A stretch of 64,000 nucleotides of DNA from Betaproteobacteria bacterium (GCA_029864385.1 JAOTTL010000001.1:101-64100), one strand, 5' to 3'. Numbered from the stretch's first letter, positions 42,998 through 52,355 are shown. Translations and numbers: made by a program. Notes: generated by a model not told the origin, from the sequence alone.

Positions 42998-43747
42998 ATG
43001 ATGAATTGTCTATTCACGCATAAGTGGGTTTTGGGGAAGGCAATTAACGTCACGTCTCATGTTAGGGCTACTCTTCGGTACAGAATATGTAAACGGTGCG
43101 GAACGATGCAGCGTGGTTTGGATACTTTTGAAGGAGACATTTCTTGGGAGACCATGAGAGAGCGCAGCTACCATAGGGCGCAGCAAATCCAGATCGTTCG
43201 GCAACCCTCGTCTCCGCTCGACCAATGGACCCATACAATAGGACTGCGTCGAACGAGGATGAGCGATAAGCGGGATCAAGAAACCACTCCGCGCCGATCC
43301 AATGTTAGCCGGCTTGAATCTGACCGCGAACAACACACCCCGTTTCGGCGAACTTGGGCTGGGGCAAACTTAACGGATCAGCTTGAAGGGCCGAAAGTGA
43401 CAGGAAGACTAGCAGAAAGAAGACGAAACAAGCGGATCGATGTCGCGCTGCCGGTGATCCTAGAAAACGCCACTGGCGTCACGCGTGACGTGAGCGCCTC
43501 GGGGGTGTTCTTTTGGAAGAGCGGCACGTTTATATACGGGGAGTCGATCAGCTTTTCGATGAAACGAAAAACCGAATCGGGCAAGTTCATGCTGAAATGC
43601 CGTGGAGTTGTCGCCCGCACGGAGCCGCGTGGTAACGACGTTGGTGTGGCGGTGAGAATCACCAAAACAGCGATGGAGCCTATAAATGACGTTATGGCAT
43701 ACGCAGAAGAGGTATCGGATATTCGTCCTGGAGGAGGTGCTGCATAA
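42998..43747 (+). CDS. PilZ domain protein with N-terminal Cys/His-rich (zinc-ribbon-like) module
   Basis: PilZ c-di-GMP motifs RRNKR (RxxxR) and DVSASG (D/NxSxxG). The N-terminal 95 aa are paralogous to ORF 17762..18040. Start ATG 42998 (GTG 42995 in the track). Confidence 0.7.
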   Translation: MMNCLFTHKWVLGKAINVTSHVRATLRYRICKRCGTMQRGLDTFEGDISWETMRERSYHRAQQIQIVRQPSSPLDQWTHTIGLRRTRMSDKRDQETTPRRSNVSRLESDREQHTPFRRTWAGANLTDQLEGPKVTGRLAERRRNKRIDVALPVILENATGVTRDVSASGVFFWKSGTFIYGESISFSMKRKTESGKFMLKCRGVVARTEPRGNDVGVAVRITKTAMEPINDVMAYAEEVSDIRPGGGAA

Positions 43748-43908
43748 CACGTCTCAGCATTGACACGCGTTGAGGCGATCCCAAGAGACACGCCGCACTT
43801 TCGCGCGGGACATTGATTCCTCTGATCGAACGACACTCCCGTACGCGCAATGCTACGAGTGGCGTCCGTGCTAACATGCCACGTAGACCGCTAACCAAAA
43901 GGGGAATC

Positions 43909-45123
43909 GTGTTCGATATCCGTTTGTCGCAGGAGCAACGCGAGTTTCGGGAGCTCGCCCGCAAGTTCGCGCAGGAGGAGATCAAGCCCAAGGCGATGGC
44001 GCTCGATCGCGAGCCCGAGTGGGAAAAGCGCGTTCCATGGAATCTCCTGAAGCAAGGCTCGCAGCTCGGTTTCCGCACGTTCGTCCTCCAGGAAGAGAAC
44101 GGCGGCTCCGGCATGTCGGATCACCTTACGTCGTGCCTCGTGGCCGAGGAACTTGCCGCAGGCGAGCTCGGCACCGCCTATTACTTCATGCTGACGGCTC
44201 GCCGTGCGCGCGACTGGTTCGAGCTGCGCATGACGCCAGAGCAGAAGGCTTACTTCATTCCGAAGTTCGTCGGTGACGACTTGTATTTCACGACGGTGGC
44301 TATACACGAGCTCGAGACGGACTTCGGCTTCGACTACTTCACCGAAACACCGGACAATGTGCGCCTGAAGACGCGCGCAGTCGAGCAACCGGACGGCTCA
44401 TGGATCATCAACGGAGCGAAGGCGTACCAGACGGTCGGATACCTCGCGAAGCTGATCGTCGTGAGGGCACAGACGCCGGATGGCGTACAGTCCTTTCTCG
44501 TCGAGGGCGATTCGCCGGGACTCGTGCGGCGTCCGTTATCGAAGCTCGGACGACGCGTCGGCGACAATGCAGCAGAGATGTTTTTTGACAATGTGCGCGT
44601 TCCAAACGGACGGATACTGCCCCCAGCGCCGAAGGGCCGCACCGATACGGGCACGCATCCGACGATCGCTGCGCTCACGCTTGGGTTAGGCCGCGCAGCG
44701 TTTGAGGAAACACTGAAGTACACGCAGGAGCGCGTGTCCGGCGGCAAGCCCATCATCAAACATCAGGCGGTGGGCCTCACGATCGCTGAGATGGCGATGA
44801 ATCTGGAAGCGGCGCGGCGTCTCATCTGGACGGCAGCGTGGGTGAAAGATCATCCGGAAGCGATTGAGGATGGCAGCGTAGAGAACCTGCCATACGAGCA
44901 TATGGCAACGGCATTCACGGGAACCGCCGTTCAGCGGCTCACCGAGCAGGCACTAGAGTTGTTCGGCGGCGCGGGCGTGATCCAGGGTATGCCGATCGAG
45001 AAATACGTTCGCGACGCGCACGTGCAGAAACACGTTTCGTTTCCGTACCCATCGCGATTCAAAATCACCGAGGCACTGGTGGGCTTCAAGAGGAAGGTGC
45101 CCCCGTTTCATGGCGGTGACTAG
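43909..45123 (+). CDS. acyl-CoA dehydrogenase family protein
   Basis: GTG 43909 after AGGGGA gives VFDIRLSQEQREFRELARKFAQEEIKPKA, a canonical ACAD N-terminus. An upstream ATG at 43876 is also possible. Confidence 0.85.
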   Translation: MFDIRLSQEQREFRELARKFAQEEIKPKAMALDREPEWEKRVPWNLLKQGSQLGFRTFVLQEENGGSGMSDHLTSCLVAEELAAGELGTAYYFMLTARRARDWFELRMTPEQKAYFIPKFVGDDLYFTTVAIHELETDFGFDYFTETPDNVRLKTRAVEQPDGSWIINGAKAYQTVGYLAKLIVVRAQTPDGVQSFLVEGDSPGLVRRPLSKLGRRVGDNAAEMFFDNVRVPNGRILPPAPKGRTDTGTHPTIAALTLGLGRAAFEETLKYTQERVSGGKPIIKHQAVGLTIAEMAMNLEAARRLIWTAAWVKDHPEAIEDGSVENLPYEHMATAFTGTAVQRLTEQALELFGGAGVIQGMPIEKYVRDAHVQKHVSFPYPSRFKITEALVGFKRKVPPFHGGD

Positions 45124-45132
45124 TGGAGTGCA

Positions 45133-45291
45133 ATGTCAGTAACCATGGTGACTTCTCCGGTGAGCGCCCTGTTCGAAAACCTGGAAGGCGGTGCCACGGT
45201 GGACCAGTTCCTGCAATGGTTTCCCGGCGTCGCCCGTCAGCAAACCGACGCCGTCCTCGAGCACGCGGCGCGCAGCGTTCAAACTACCTGA
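45133..45291 (+). pseudogene. truncated DUF433-like antitoxin-type protein, followed by a decayed DUF5615/PIN-like start at 45304
   Basis: The 52-codon ORF ...ALFENLEGGATVDQFLQWFPGVARQQTDAVLEHAA resembles the C-terminal half of DUF433. It is followed by MRILFDQGTPNPL, the typical DUF5615 start, which stops after about 35 codons. Confidence 0.35.
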
Positions 45292-45747
45292 TTTCGTGCC
45301 GGCATGCGGATCCTGTTCGATCAGGGCACGCCCAATCCTTTGAAATCGCCGTTCAGAACCACCCGCATGGCAAGACGGTTTATTTCAAAGAGATCTCGAT
45401 CCGGTCCATAGAGAACTAGTTGTCTGGCTAACAACGGCATCGAGCAGACGCGGTTCGACGCGAGCTGCCTTCCCTGGCACCCCGTCCGCTACGATCATGG
45501 CGAGCGTCAGCTGTCTGCCTTGGGTCGAGGCTGTTTGGAAAACCGAAAATTGAAGGCCCAAGAAACGGCCTCTTGGCGGAGCGTTATCGCGCGATCGTCA
45601 GGCAGATCGTCGAAGCCGGGCACCAGGTCGCTGCGCATTCGAGCGCGTGATGAAGATTGCGAGGAGTCAAAGGGCGTCTGGATCGGCACGCGCGCGCAAC
45701 CCGCGGCTGCAGGTCCGCACGCATCAATGAGTTGGAACCTGTCTCAA

Positions 45748-45856
45748 GAACCACTACAGCCACTGAACCACACGGAAGGGCATAGCCAGGAACCCCGCTC
45801 TCGTTTACTCTTGACGTTCGCCTGAGTGTTTCCGTGTGGTTCCGTGGCTGTTGGTT
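45748..45856. repeat. imperfect inverted repeat built from GAACCAC / CCACACGGAA words
   Basis: GAACCACTACAGCCACTGAACCACACGGAA (45748-45777) versus TTTCCGTGTGGTTCCGTGGCTGTTGGTT (45829-45856). Confidence 0.6.
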
Positions 45857-45919
45857 TTCTGCTTTGAGCGACGCTTTCTGACCGTTTCTAACGGAAACAA
45901 CGACGAGGAGGACTGAACC

Positions 45920-46891
45920 ATGCGACGAATCCTGCTGTCTGTGTTGGTGCTTCTTTTCACGGCCGCGGCCGGCGCGTGGGCCCAGTCATATCCTAACCGG
46001 CCGATCCGGTTGATCGTCGCGTTTCCGGCGGGCGGCACGGTGGACGCGCTGGCGCGGTCGGTCTCGACTCAGCTCGAAAGCCAGATCGGCACTACGATCG
46101 TCGTGGACAATCGCGGCGGGGCCAACGGCGCGATTGCAGCGGACCTCCTGAAGAACGCGTCGGCGAACGGCTACACCATGCTCTTTAGCTCGCCGTCGAT
46201 CCTCATCAACGAGATCGTCAAGCCCAGGACGACCCCGTACCGGGTGCTCCGCGATTTTGTGCCGGTCACCAACATCTGCATGGGCGAGGGCTATTTTCTC
46301 GTGGTGAATGCTTCCGTTTCGGCGCGCTCGGTGAAGGAGCTGATCGCGCTGTCGAAGCAGAAGGCCGGCCAGGTCACGTACGGCACGCCCGGCGTCGGCA
46401 ACACCCTACAGCTCGCCACCGAGGTGTTCAACCAACGCACGGGCGCAAAGCTCATGCATGTTCCGTACAGGGGGCTGGCGCCTGCGGTGACGGCCATCCT
46501 GGGCGGAGAGATCAACGTGCTCTTCGCGCCGCCCACGGTGGTGGTTCCGCACATCCAGTCCGGCAAGCTGCGGGCGCTGGGGTTCACGGGTCCCAAGCGC
46601 TGGTCGTACTTGCCGCAGGTGCCGACGATCGCCGAGCAAGGTTTCCCCGGTTACGACGTGCGGCTCGGCTGGCAAGGGTGGTATGTGCCGACCGGAACGC
46701 CCGCCGCGATCGTGAGCCGGGTCAACGCGGAAATCCGCAATGCGCTCGCGGTGCCCAAGGTTCGGGACTTCATCCGGCTCGGCGGCTATGAGCCCGTGGG
46801 CGATACGCCAGCGGCCTTCCGCGAGTTTATCCGCGAAGAGATCAAGCGCTACGCGGCGATCGTGAAGCAGGCTGGGATCAAGGTGCAGTAA
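45920..46891 (+). CDS. Bug family tripartite tricarboxylate transporter substrate-binding protein (TctC-like)
   Basis: RBS GAGGAGGA. Signal peptide, then AQSYPNRPIRLIVAFPAGGTVDALAR. Confidence 0.9.
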   Translation: MRRILLSVLVLLFTAAAGAWAQSYPNRPIRLIVAFPAGGTVDALARSVSTQLESQIGTTIVVDNRGGANGAIAADLLKNASANGYTMLFSSPSILINEIVKPRTTPYRVLRDFVPVTNICMGEGYFLVVNASVSARSVKELIALSKQKAGQVTYGTPGVGNTLQLATEVFNQRTGAKLMHVPYRGLAPAVTAILGGEINVLFAPPTVVVPHIQSGKLRALGFTGPKRWSYLPQVPTIAEQGFPGYDVRLGWQGWYVPTGTPAAIVSRVNAEIRNALAVPKVRDFIRLGGYEPVGDTPAAFREFIREEIKRYAAIVKQAGIKVQ

Positions 46892-47086
46892 CGGCGCCAG
46901 TTCGTCAGCGGCCGGAGAGCTCTCGCAGGGGTACCCGCATGGATCTGGGCATCAGGGATGGCCAGGGACGGGACATATCCGTGGCTATGCCACGCAGAGG
47001 CCGGGTCGGCCAGTTGGCCACCATTCGATTTGGGTTCTCTTACACTACTCGGAAATGGTGGTCCGTCCATTTTTTGTCACAGGGCC

Positions 47087-47215
47087 GTGAATCGTGAATC
47101 GTGAAACGTGAATCGGACCCCGTTTAGAACCCAGAGTTAGCCGCAGATAAACGCACCCATCACCAGGGTTAGGCCCCGTCACCCATCACGGGGTTTGAGA
47201 AGCGCATCACCCATC
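47087..47215. repeat. mosaic element between convergent genes: (GTGAATC)x3-4 left, CGCAGATAAACGC, inverted GTGACGGGGCCTAACCCTGGTGATG, CATCACCC right
   Basis: 47172-47196 is the reverse complement of 6645-6669. Confidence 0.85.
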
Positions 47216-47230
47216 CTGACCGTCGAAGGG

Positions 47231-48451
47231 TCAGGTCACGACGGCGAGTTCGTCGTCTTCCAACAGATTCGCGTACAGCGGAACGGCGCCAGAATTCCCG
47301 ATGACATAGGTATCCGCAATGCATGCCGAAGCGTGTTTTGTCTTTGCGGTAGGATGCAGCGAAATCACCATGCCCGGCTCGAGCATTGCAGTCTCCTCGT
47401 ACCGGACGACCGGCCGTTCCACAAGGTCCAGGCCCTGGCCGTGTCCCGCCACGCGTTCTTCCGGCGGGCAGCCTTTACTCTTCAGGAATTCGTCGCTTGC
47501 CTTCAAGGCGACGCCAGGCACCACTCCGGGCTTGAGGTTGGCCGCCAGAATCTTCCGCGCCTCCTTGACGAGTGCATATGCTTCCTCAACCGCCGCTGGC
47601 GCCTTGCCGATGCAGACGAACCGGCGCAGGTCATACCAGTATCCCCCTGCGGCGCTCGATTCGATCAGCATGTTGATCACGTCGCCCTCCCTGAACGGCC
47701 GCCGCACGACGGTGTTGCCCCAACTCGTTTGCGAGTAATGCGTCACGCCCGGCCGCCCGAAGGTGATATTGACCTGTTGTTCCTCACTGCCCGCCAGCAC
47801 CTGGGCGTGGCGAATTTCCTCGATGATTTCGCTCACGGTCCTGCCCGGTTTGATCGCTTTTTTCGCAACCTCATAGCTCATCTCATGCATGTATGCTGCC
47901 GCCCTGTGTAGCTTGATCTCCTCTTCGCTTTTCACCATTCTGACTTCGTCGACGAGGTCTGTCGCATTGACGACATTGACGCCCTGCAGTCCCTTCTTCA
48001 CGTTCTCATAGAGCGCTGCCGACATGTTCCCCAGTCCGACAAGACCGACAGTACCGGGCTTATTGCGCTTGATCACTTCCACGGCCTTGTCCGCGTCCCA
48101 GGCGTCTTCCCACCAGACGTTCGGGAATGCGGGCGTATTGATCCGCTCCTTCACACCCCTCAACGCCCATTCCGGCGGTGTCGCGGGCTTTGCCGGCGCC
48201 GGCGCGCCGTGTCCGATGATCGTCATGTCTTCATCCACCGGAAAGACTGCGGTAATGTGGTAGTTCTGGCCCGCAAAATCAGTGAACCAGCGAAAATACC
48301 CGCCGACGAATCGCTGTTGGCTCTGAACAACGAGGTGGCTGATGTTCTTGGCGGCCATGCGCTCACGCACCGCTTTCCACCTTCTCTCGAGCTCACCCTG
48401 GGACAGTGAGCAGCTGCGCCGATCTTCTCTATTCAGAATTTCTTCAACCAT
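47231..48451 (-). CDS. M24 family metallopeptidase (Xaa-Pro aminopeptidase/creatinase-like)
   Basis: 406 aa. Creatinase-N-like N-terminal domain plus a pita-bread fold region (GDVINMLIESSAAGGYWYDLRR, GHGQGLDLVERP, GMVISLHP). Confidence 0.85.
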   Translation of the reverse strand: MVEEILNREDRRSCSLSQGELERRWKAVRERMAAKNISHLVVQSQQRFVGGYFRWFTDFAGQNYHITAVFPVDEDMTIIGHGAPAPAKPATPPEWALRGVKERINTPAFPNVWWEDAWDADKAVEVIKRNKPGTVGLVGLGNMSAALYENVKKGLQGVNVVNATDLVDEVRMVKSEEEIKLHRAAAYMHEMSYEVAKKAIKPGRTVSEIIEEIRHAQVLAGSEEQQVNITFGRPGVTHYSQTSWGNTVVRRPFREGDVINMLIESSAAGGYWYDLRRFVCIGKAPAAVEEAYALVKEARKILAANLKPGVVPGVALKASDEFLKSKGCPPEERVAGHGQGLDLVERPVVRYEETAMLEPGMVISLHPTAKTKHASACIADTYVIGNSGAVPLYANLLEDDELAVVT

Positions 48452-48753
48452 GACTGGTCTCCTTTGCTCCTGTAGGGAGAATGGGTCGGGAAAGACGTAG
48501 ATGACAGGACAATCGATGGCTCTTCGGAGAGGATCAGTGGCGTTCCGAGGCGTCTTGTAAAGCCCGTCTGCACGTGTCGGTTGGGCGTTCCCGTTACCTC
48601 AGATCTAATCCTAACCGTGCTTGATCAAATGCATTTTGCCTTCGGAAGGTTTATACGCCAATACCTGCTGACCGCTACTGATCTACGTCAAAGGAGCGCT
48701 CAAAACAGCGGCCGCCTGCTACGGCGGCGTCTGTGACCCTTGAGAGACTCTCT

Positions 48754-49092
48754 TTATCTGGCCGGCCCGGCGAAAGGTTCGTCACTGACCGGTTTGTTTT
48801 CTTCACATTCGCCCATGCGTTGCGACATCGCGCCGAACCATCGGGCAGCGGGTCCCGCGGTGATGCCGTGCAACGCGACGCCAAGCGCCACGGAGATAAT
48901 CACAATGGCAAACAGCGTACTTTCGTTTGCCAGCTCCGCTTCCTCGAGGATCAGTAGTACAAACAGGATGGACGCCAACCCGCGTGGCCCGAACCAACCA
49001 AGGAACGCAGACGTTATTGGTTTGATGCCTGTACCGAGGGGTGACAGGTGAACTGGCAGCATGCGCAAAACGCTTAGCACCCCCGCCCGCAC
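48754..49092 (-). pseudogene. cation:proton (Na+/H+) antiporter, C-terminal fragment
   Basis: GWFGPRGLASILFVLLILEE...VIISVALGVALHGITAGPAARW matches the last TM segments of CPA1-type antiporters. There is no upstream part, and it abuts the transposase remnant. Confidence 0.5.
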
Positions 49093-49116
49093 GGGATTGC
49101 ATTCGATGGAGCAGCT

Positions 49117-49257
49117 TTAATTGCGTGCTGCATCGAGCAGGCAGTCGAGATAGAAGCGGTAGTCTTCCTCGGCAAAGAAGGTGGCCTGCCGGTTATTACC
49201 CCGCTGGATGATATGCTGGGGCACGTTTATGAGGTTTAGCCGTGTTCTCCGTGGCAC
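49117..49257 (-). pseudogene. IS200-like Y1 (RAYT-type) transposase, N-terminal 46-codon fragment
   Basis: VPRRTRLNLINVPQHIIQRGNNRQATFFAEEDYRFYLDCLLDAARN, then a stop. The conserved HUH and Tyr regions are missing. Confidence 0.6.
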
Positions 49258-49312
49258 GGCAGTTGGACTGATCGTGCATGTCGTTGCACACTTCAACGCA
49301 CGAGCCACAGAA

Positions 49313-49334
49313 AAGTTACCCTGACCCTGTTTAC
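49313..49334 (-). repeat. single unit of second REP-like family (AAGTTACCCTGACCCTGTTTAC) about 56 nt upstream of the RAYT-type remnant
   Basis: Compare 16556-16576 and 37157-37177. A fused mini-doublet AATTGGGGACAGGCCCTGTTTAC lies at 59327-59349. Confidence 0.55.
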
Positions 49335-49405
49335 TGTTTAGAGGGCGTGCTCTGACGTCCCGTACGCGGCCTGTCCCCTATTGCCAACGATAAAGGAACT
49401 TTCGC

Positions 49406-50116
49406 ATGTCGCAACTCGTGTTCCTCCACGGTCCAGGCGCGGGCGCCTGCGCGGATGCGTATTACTATCAACGCAAGCATTTCCCGGACAGCGTCGCGCC
49501 CAACCTGCCCGGGCACCCGGAGGGCACCCGATGTCCGGACGTTGCGCGCTACACGGAGTGGGTGCGCGGCTGGCTGTGGGCGCAGGGACTGAACAAAGAC
49601 CTCGTTCTGGTCGGATACACGCTGGGCGCGTCGATCGCGCTGCAGTATGGCCTCGACTATCCGAATGAAGTGAAGGGCCTCGTGGTGATGACGGTTGCGG
49701 CGCGGCCCAAGGTACGCGCGCCGGGTACCTACGAGATGCGTCTGCGCGCACCGGAGGACCCGAAGGTCTACGAAGAGTGGCTCGCGTTTCAACGCACCGC
49801 GATGCACCTGGTGGAGCCGGGCTTGCGCGAGCGCTTGCTGGAGCGGCACCGCCAGGTGGGCCCGCTGTCCCAATATCACGACCTGATGGCGATAGACACT
49901 TTCGACGTGCGCGACCGCATCGCGACCCTCAAACCGAAGCTCCTCCTCCTGCGCGGCCTGCTGGATCACGGCAATCCGCCGGAGTACGAGAAAGAGATCC
50001 ACGAGGCCGTGCCGGGGTCGAAGTACACCAAGCTCCCCGACGCCGGGCATTTCCCGCCCACGGAGATCCCGGACAAGGTCAACGCGCTGATCGAGGAGTT
50101 CGTGGCCGCGTTATGA
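49406..50116 (+). CDS. alpha/beta hydrolase fold protein (Thr at nucleophile elbow)
   Basis: LVFLHGPGAG, elbow VGYTLGAS, LLDHGNP (Asp), DAGHFPP (His). 236 aa. Confidence 0.75.
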   Translation: MSQLVFLHGPGAGACADAYYYQRKHFPDSVAPNLPGHPEGTRCPDVARYTEWVRGWLWAQGLNKDLVLVGYTLGASIALQYGLDYPNEVKGLVVMTVAARPKVRAPGTYEMRLRAPEDPKVYEEWLAFQRTAMHLVEPGLRERLLERHRQVGPLSQYHDLMAIDTFDVRDRIATLKPKLLLLRGLLDHGNPPEYEKEIHEAVPGSKYTKLPDAGHFPPTEIPDKVNALIEEFVAAL

Positions 50117-50124
50117 CGATTAGT

Positions 50125-50272
50125 CATCAATCACCGCCACCACGCAGTTGTTCGAGTGCAGATCAATCCCGCTATACTTCTTCATTGAATGCCTCCTCAC
50201 GTTAAGGTTTGACATCGGACCTCAGCTTTAACCCCGCCGCACGCGGCGGCGAGGAGGAGGAGGCCTTCTAGA
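50125..50272 (-). mobile_element. solo copy of the IS110-family 5-prime module (leader plus first ~19 codons)
   Basis: Near-identical by eye to 35273..35414, with an extra GGAGGA. Reads MKKYSGIDLHSNNCVVAVIDD then a stop. Flanked by GATTAGTCA at 50118-50126 and 50274-50282. Confidence 0.6.
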
Positions 50273-50310
50273 TGATTAGTCACGAGTCACACCTTATTCC
50301 TGGAGGGAAG

Positions 50311-51234
50311 ATGAAAGCAGCCTACTTCATGCAACACGGCGCGCCGGACGTGATGCAGTATGGCGAAGTGCCAGATCCCGTTGCCGGGCCTGACGAGGTG
50401 CTCGTCGACGTACATGCAGCCAGCGTCAACGGCGCTGACTGGAAGGTGCGGGTCGGCCACTATGCACCGATCACCGACTTTCCCTACGTTCCGGGACGGG
50501 ATTTCTCCGGCGTTGTCAGGGCGCTGGGCGACGGGGTGAAAGAATTCGCAATCGGGGATGCGGTCTTCGGCGTCTGCGATGTCGGGCAGGAAGCGGCTTA
50601 CGCGGAGAAAATCGCGATCAAGGCGGCGATCGTGGCGAGAAAGCCGGAGAAGCTTACGCACGTCGAATGCGCGGCAGTGTCGCTGATCGGCCTTACCGCA
50701 CTCTGCTCGGTCGAGGACACGCTGCAACTGAAGTCCGGTGAAACGATACTGATCCAGGGCGGCGCGGGTGGTGTCGCCAGTTTCGCGATACAGCTCTCGA
50801 AAACCATCGGCGCCCGCGTGATCACGACTGCGAGCGCGGCGAATCATGACTACCTGCGCAGTCTCGGCGCCGACGAGATCATCGACTACAACTCGCAGGA
50901 CGTCACACAAGCGGTATCCGGCTGCGACGCGGTGTTCGACACCGTCGGCGGCGACGTAGCAATGCGCTCGTTCGCCGTGCTGCGACCGGGCGGACGCGCG
51001 GCGTTCATTGCCTCCGGGAACACGGCGCCGGCTTCGCCGCGTGCCGACGTTGTATCGCTGCGTCCCAAAGTCGGGCGTGACCGCGCGCATCTCGATCGCA
51101 CCGCCGCCCTGATTTCCAGCGGCGCCGTTCGCGTCCCCGAGATCAAGACCTATAAGTTATCGGAAGCCGCCGCAGCCCATGCGGTGAGCGAGGGACGCCA
51201 CCTGCGCGGCAAACTGGTCTTTAAGGTGCGGTGA
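50311..51234 (+). CDS. NADPH:quinone oxidoreductase / zinc-type alcohol dehydrogenase-like (MDR) protein
   Basis: ATG 50311 after GGAGGGAAG. MKAAYFMQHGAPDVMQYGEVPDP, ILIQGGAGGVASFAIQL (Rossmann). Confidence 0.85.
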   Translation: MKAAYFMQHGAPDVMQYGEVPDPVAGPDEVLVDVHAASVNGADWKVRVGHYAPITDFPYVPGRDFSGVVRALGDGVKEFAIGDAVFGVCDVGQEAAYAEKIAIKAAIVARKPEKLTHVECAAVSLIGLTALCSVEDTLQLKSGETILIQGGAGGVASFAIQLSKTIGARVITTASAANHDYLRSLGADEIIDYNSQDVTQAVSGCDAVFDTVGGDVAMRSFAVLRPGGRAAFIASGNTAPASPRADVVSLRPKVGRDRAHLDRTAALISSGAVRVPEIKTYKLSEAAAAHAVSEGRHLRGKLVFKVR

Positions 51235-51355
51235 TGGTGAACCGAGGTCACGAGTTTGAGGGAAGAGTCATGAACGGGGTTCGTCTGTGAGCGACGTCAC
51301 ACGCGTGCTCGTGCCCGACGGCACGGACTACCGGTTCTCCTGGAAGGTGGAAACC

Positions 51356-52312
51356 ATGGCCAAGGGCAGGCCTTTCACAGTGGTGGTGCCCAAGGCCGTC
51401 ACCGAGGAGGGCATTGCCGCTGCTGCGGGGGATGCGGATGTGATCCTTGCATACAAGGCGTCGATCACTGGCGCGGTCCTGGACGCCGCCAGGAATGCCC
51501 GGATGATCCAGAAGTTCGGGATCGACTGCAAGAACATCGATCTCGCCGCCGCGCGCGACAAAGGCATCCCCGTCTTCACCCGTTCGCTCATTCGCAACGC
51601 CACCGTCGCGGACCACACTATGGCACTCATGCTGGCCTGCGCGAGACGGCTGCTGGAGTGCCATCGCGTGGTCGCAGAGGCACGGTATCTGGAGTGGGGC
51701 TTTGTTCCCCAGCGGACGGGGCAGCAAAACGTCCACCATGACAACTGGATCAAGGTTCCGGGGGTGGGCGACCTGCTCGAAGCGACGGTTGGCATCGTGG
51801 CCCTGGGCGACATCGGGGCCGAGATTGCGCGGCGCGTGCGTCCCTTCGGGCCGCGAATCTGCTATTACCAGCGCCGCCAGCACACCCGGGAGATCGAGGC
51901 GGCGCTGGACGCACACTATATGCCTCTCGACGAGCTCATCGAGGCGGCGGACTTCCTAATCCTGGCGGTACCTCATACGCCAGAGACCGAAAACATGCTC
52001 AGCCGCGAGCGTATCGCCCGCATGAAGCCGACGGCCAGCGTCATCAACGTGGGACGCGGGGGCCTGATCGACGAGGATGCCCTGTGCGCAGCCCTGCGCG
52101 ATGGCAAGCTCGCCATGGCCGGGCTGGACGTCTTCCGCTGGGAGCCGCTGCCTCAGCCCAGTCCTCTGATCAGTCTGCCGAACGTCGTACTCTCGCCCCA
52201 CATGGCGGGAGGCTCCTCGGATCGCTATTGGGAGGTGGACGTGGCGGGAGTGCTGGAGAATATCCGGCGCTTTTTCGCTGGAGAGCAGACGACCGGACAA
52301 CTCGCGCTCTAG
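51356..52312 (+). CDS. D-isomer-specific 2-hydroxyacid dehydrogenase family protein
   Basis: VGIVALGDIGAEIARR (GxGxxG), INVGRGGLIDE, LSPHMAG. ATG 51356 after GGAAGGTGGA. The track start GTG 51287 is an alternative. Confidence 0.8.
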   Translation: MAKGRPFTVVVPKAVTEEGIAAAAGDADVILAYKASITGAVLDAARNARMIQKFGIDCKNIDLAAARDKGIPVFTRSLIRNATVADHTMALMLACARRLLECHRVVAEARYLEWGFVPQRTGQQNVHHDNWIKVPGVGDLLEATVGIVALGDIGAEIARRVRPFGPRICYYQRRQHTREIEAALDAHYMPLDELIEAADFLILAVPHTPETENMLSRERIARMKPTASVINVGRGGLIDEDALCAALRDGKLAMAGLDVFRWEPLPQPSPLISLPNVVLSPHMAGGSSDRYWEVDVAGVLENIRRFFAGEQTTGQLAL

Positions 52313-52355
52313 CGGAGAGAGTCGCGCGCGTGCATCAATCTATAGAATCTGGCAG

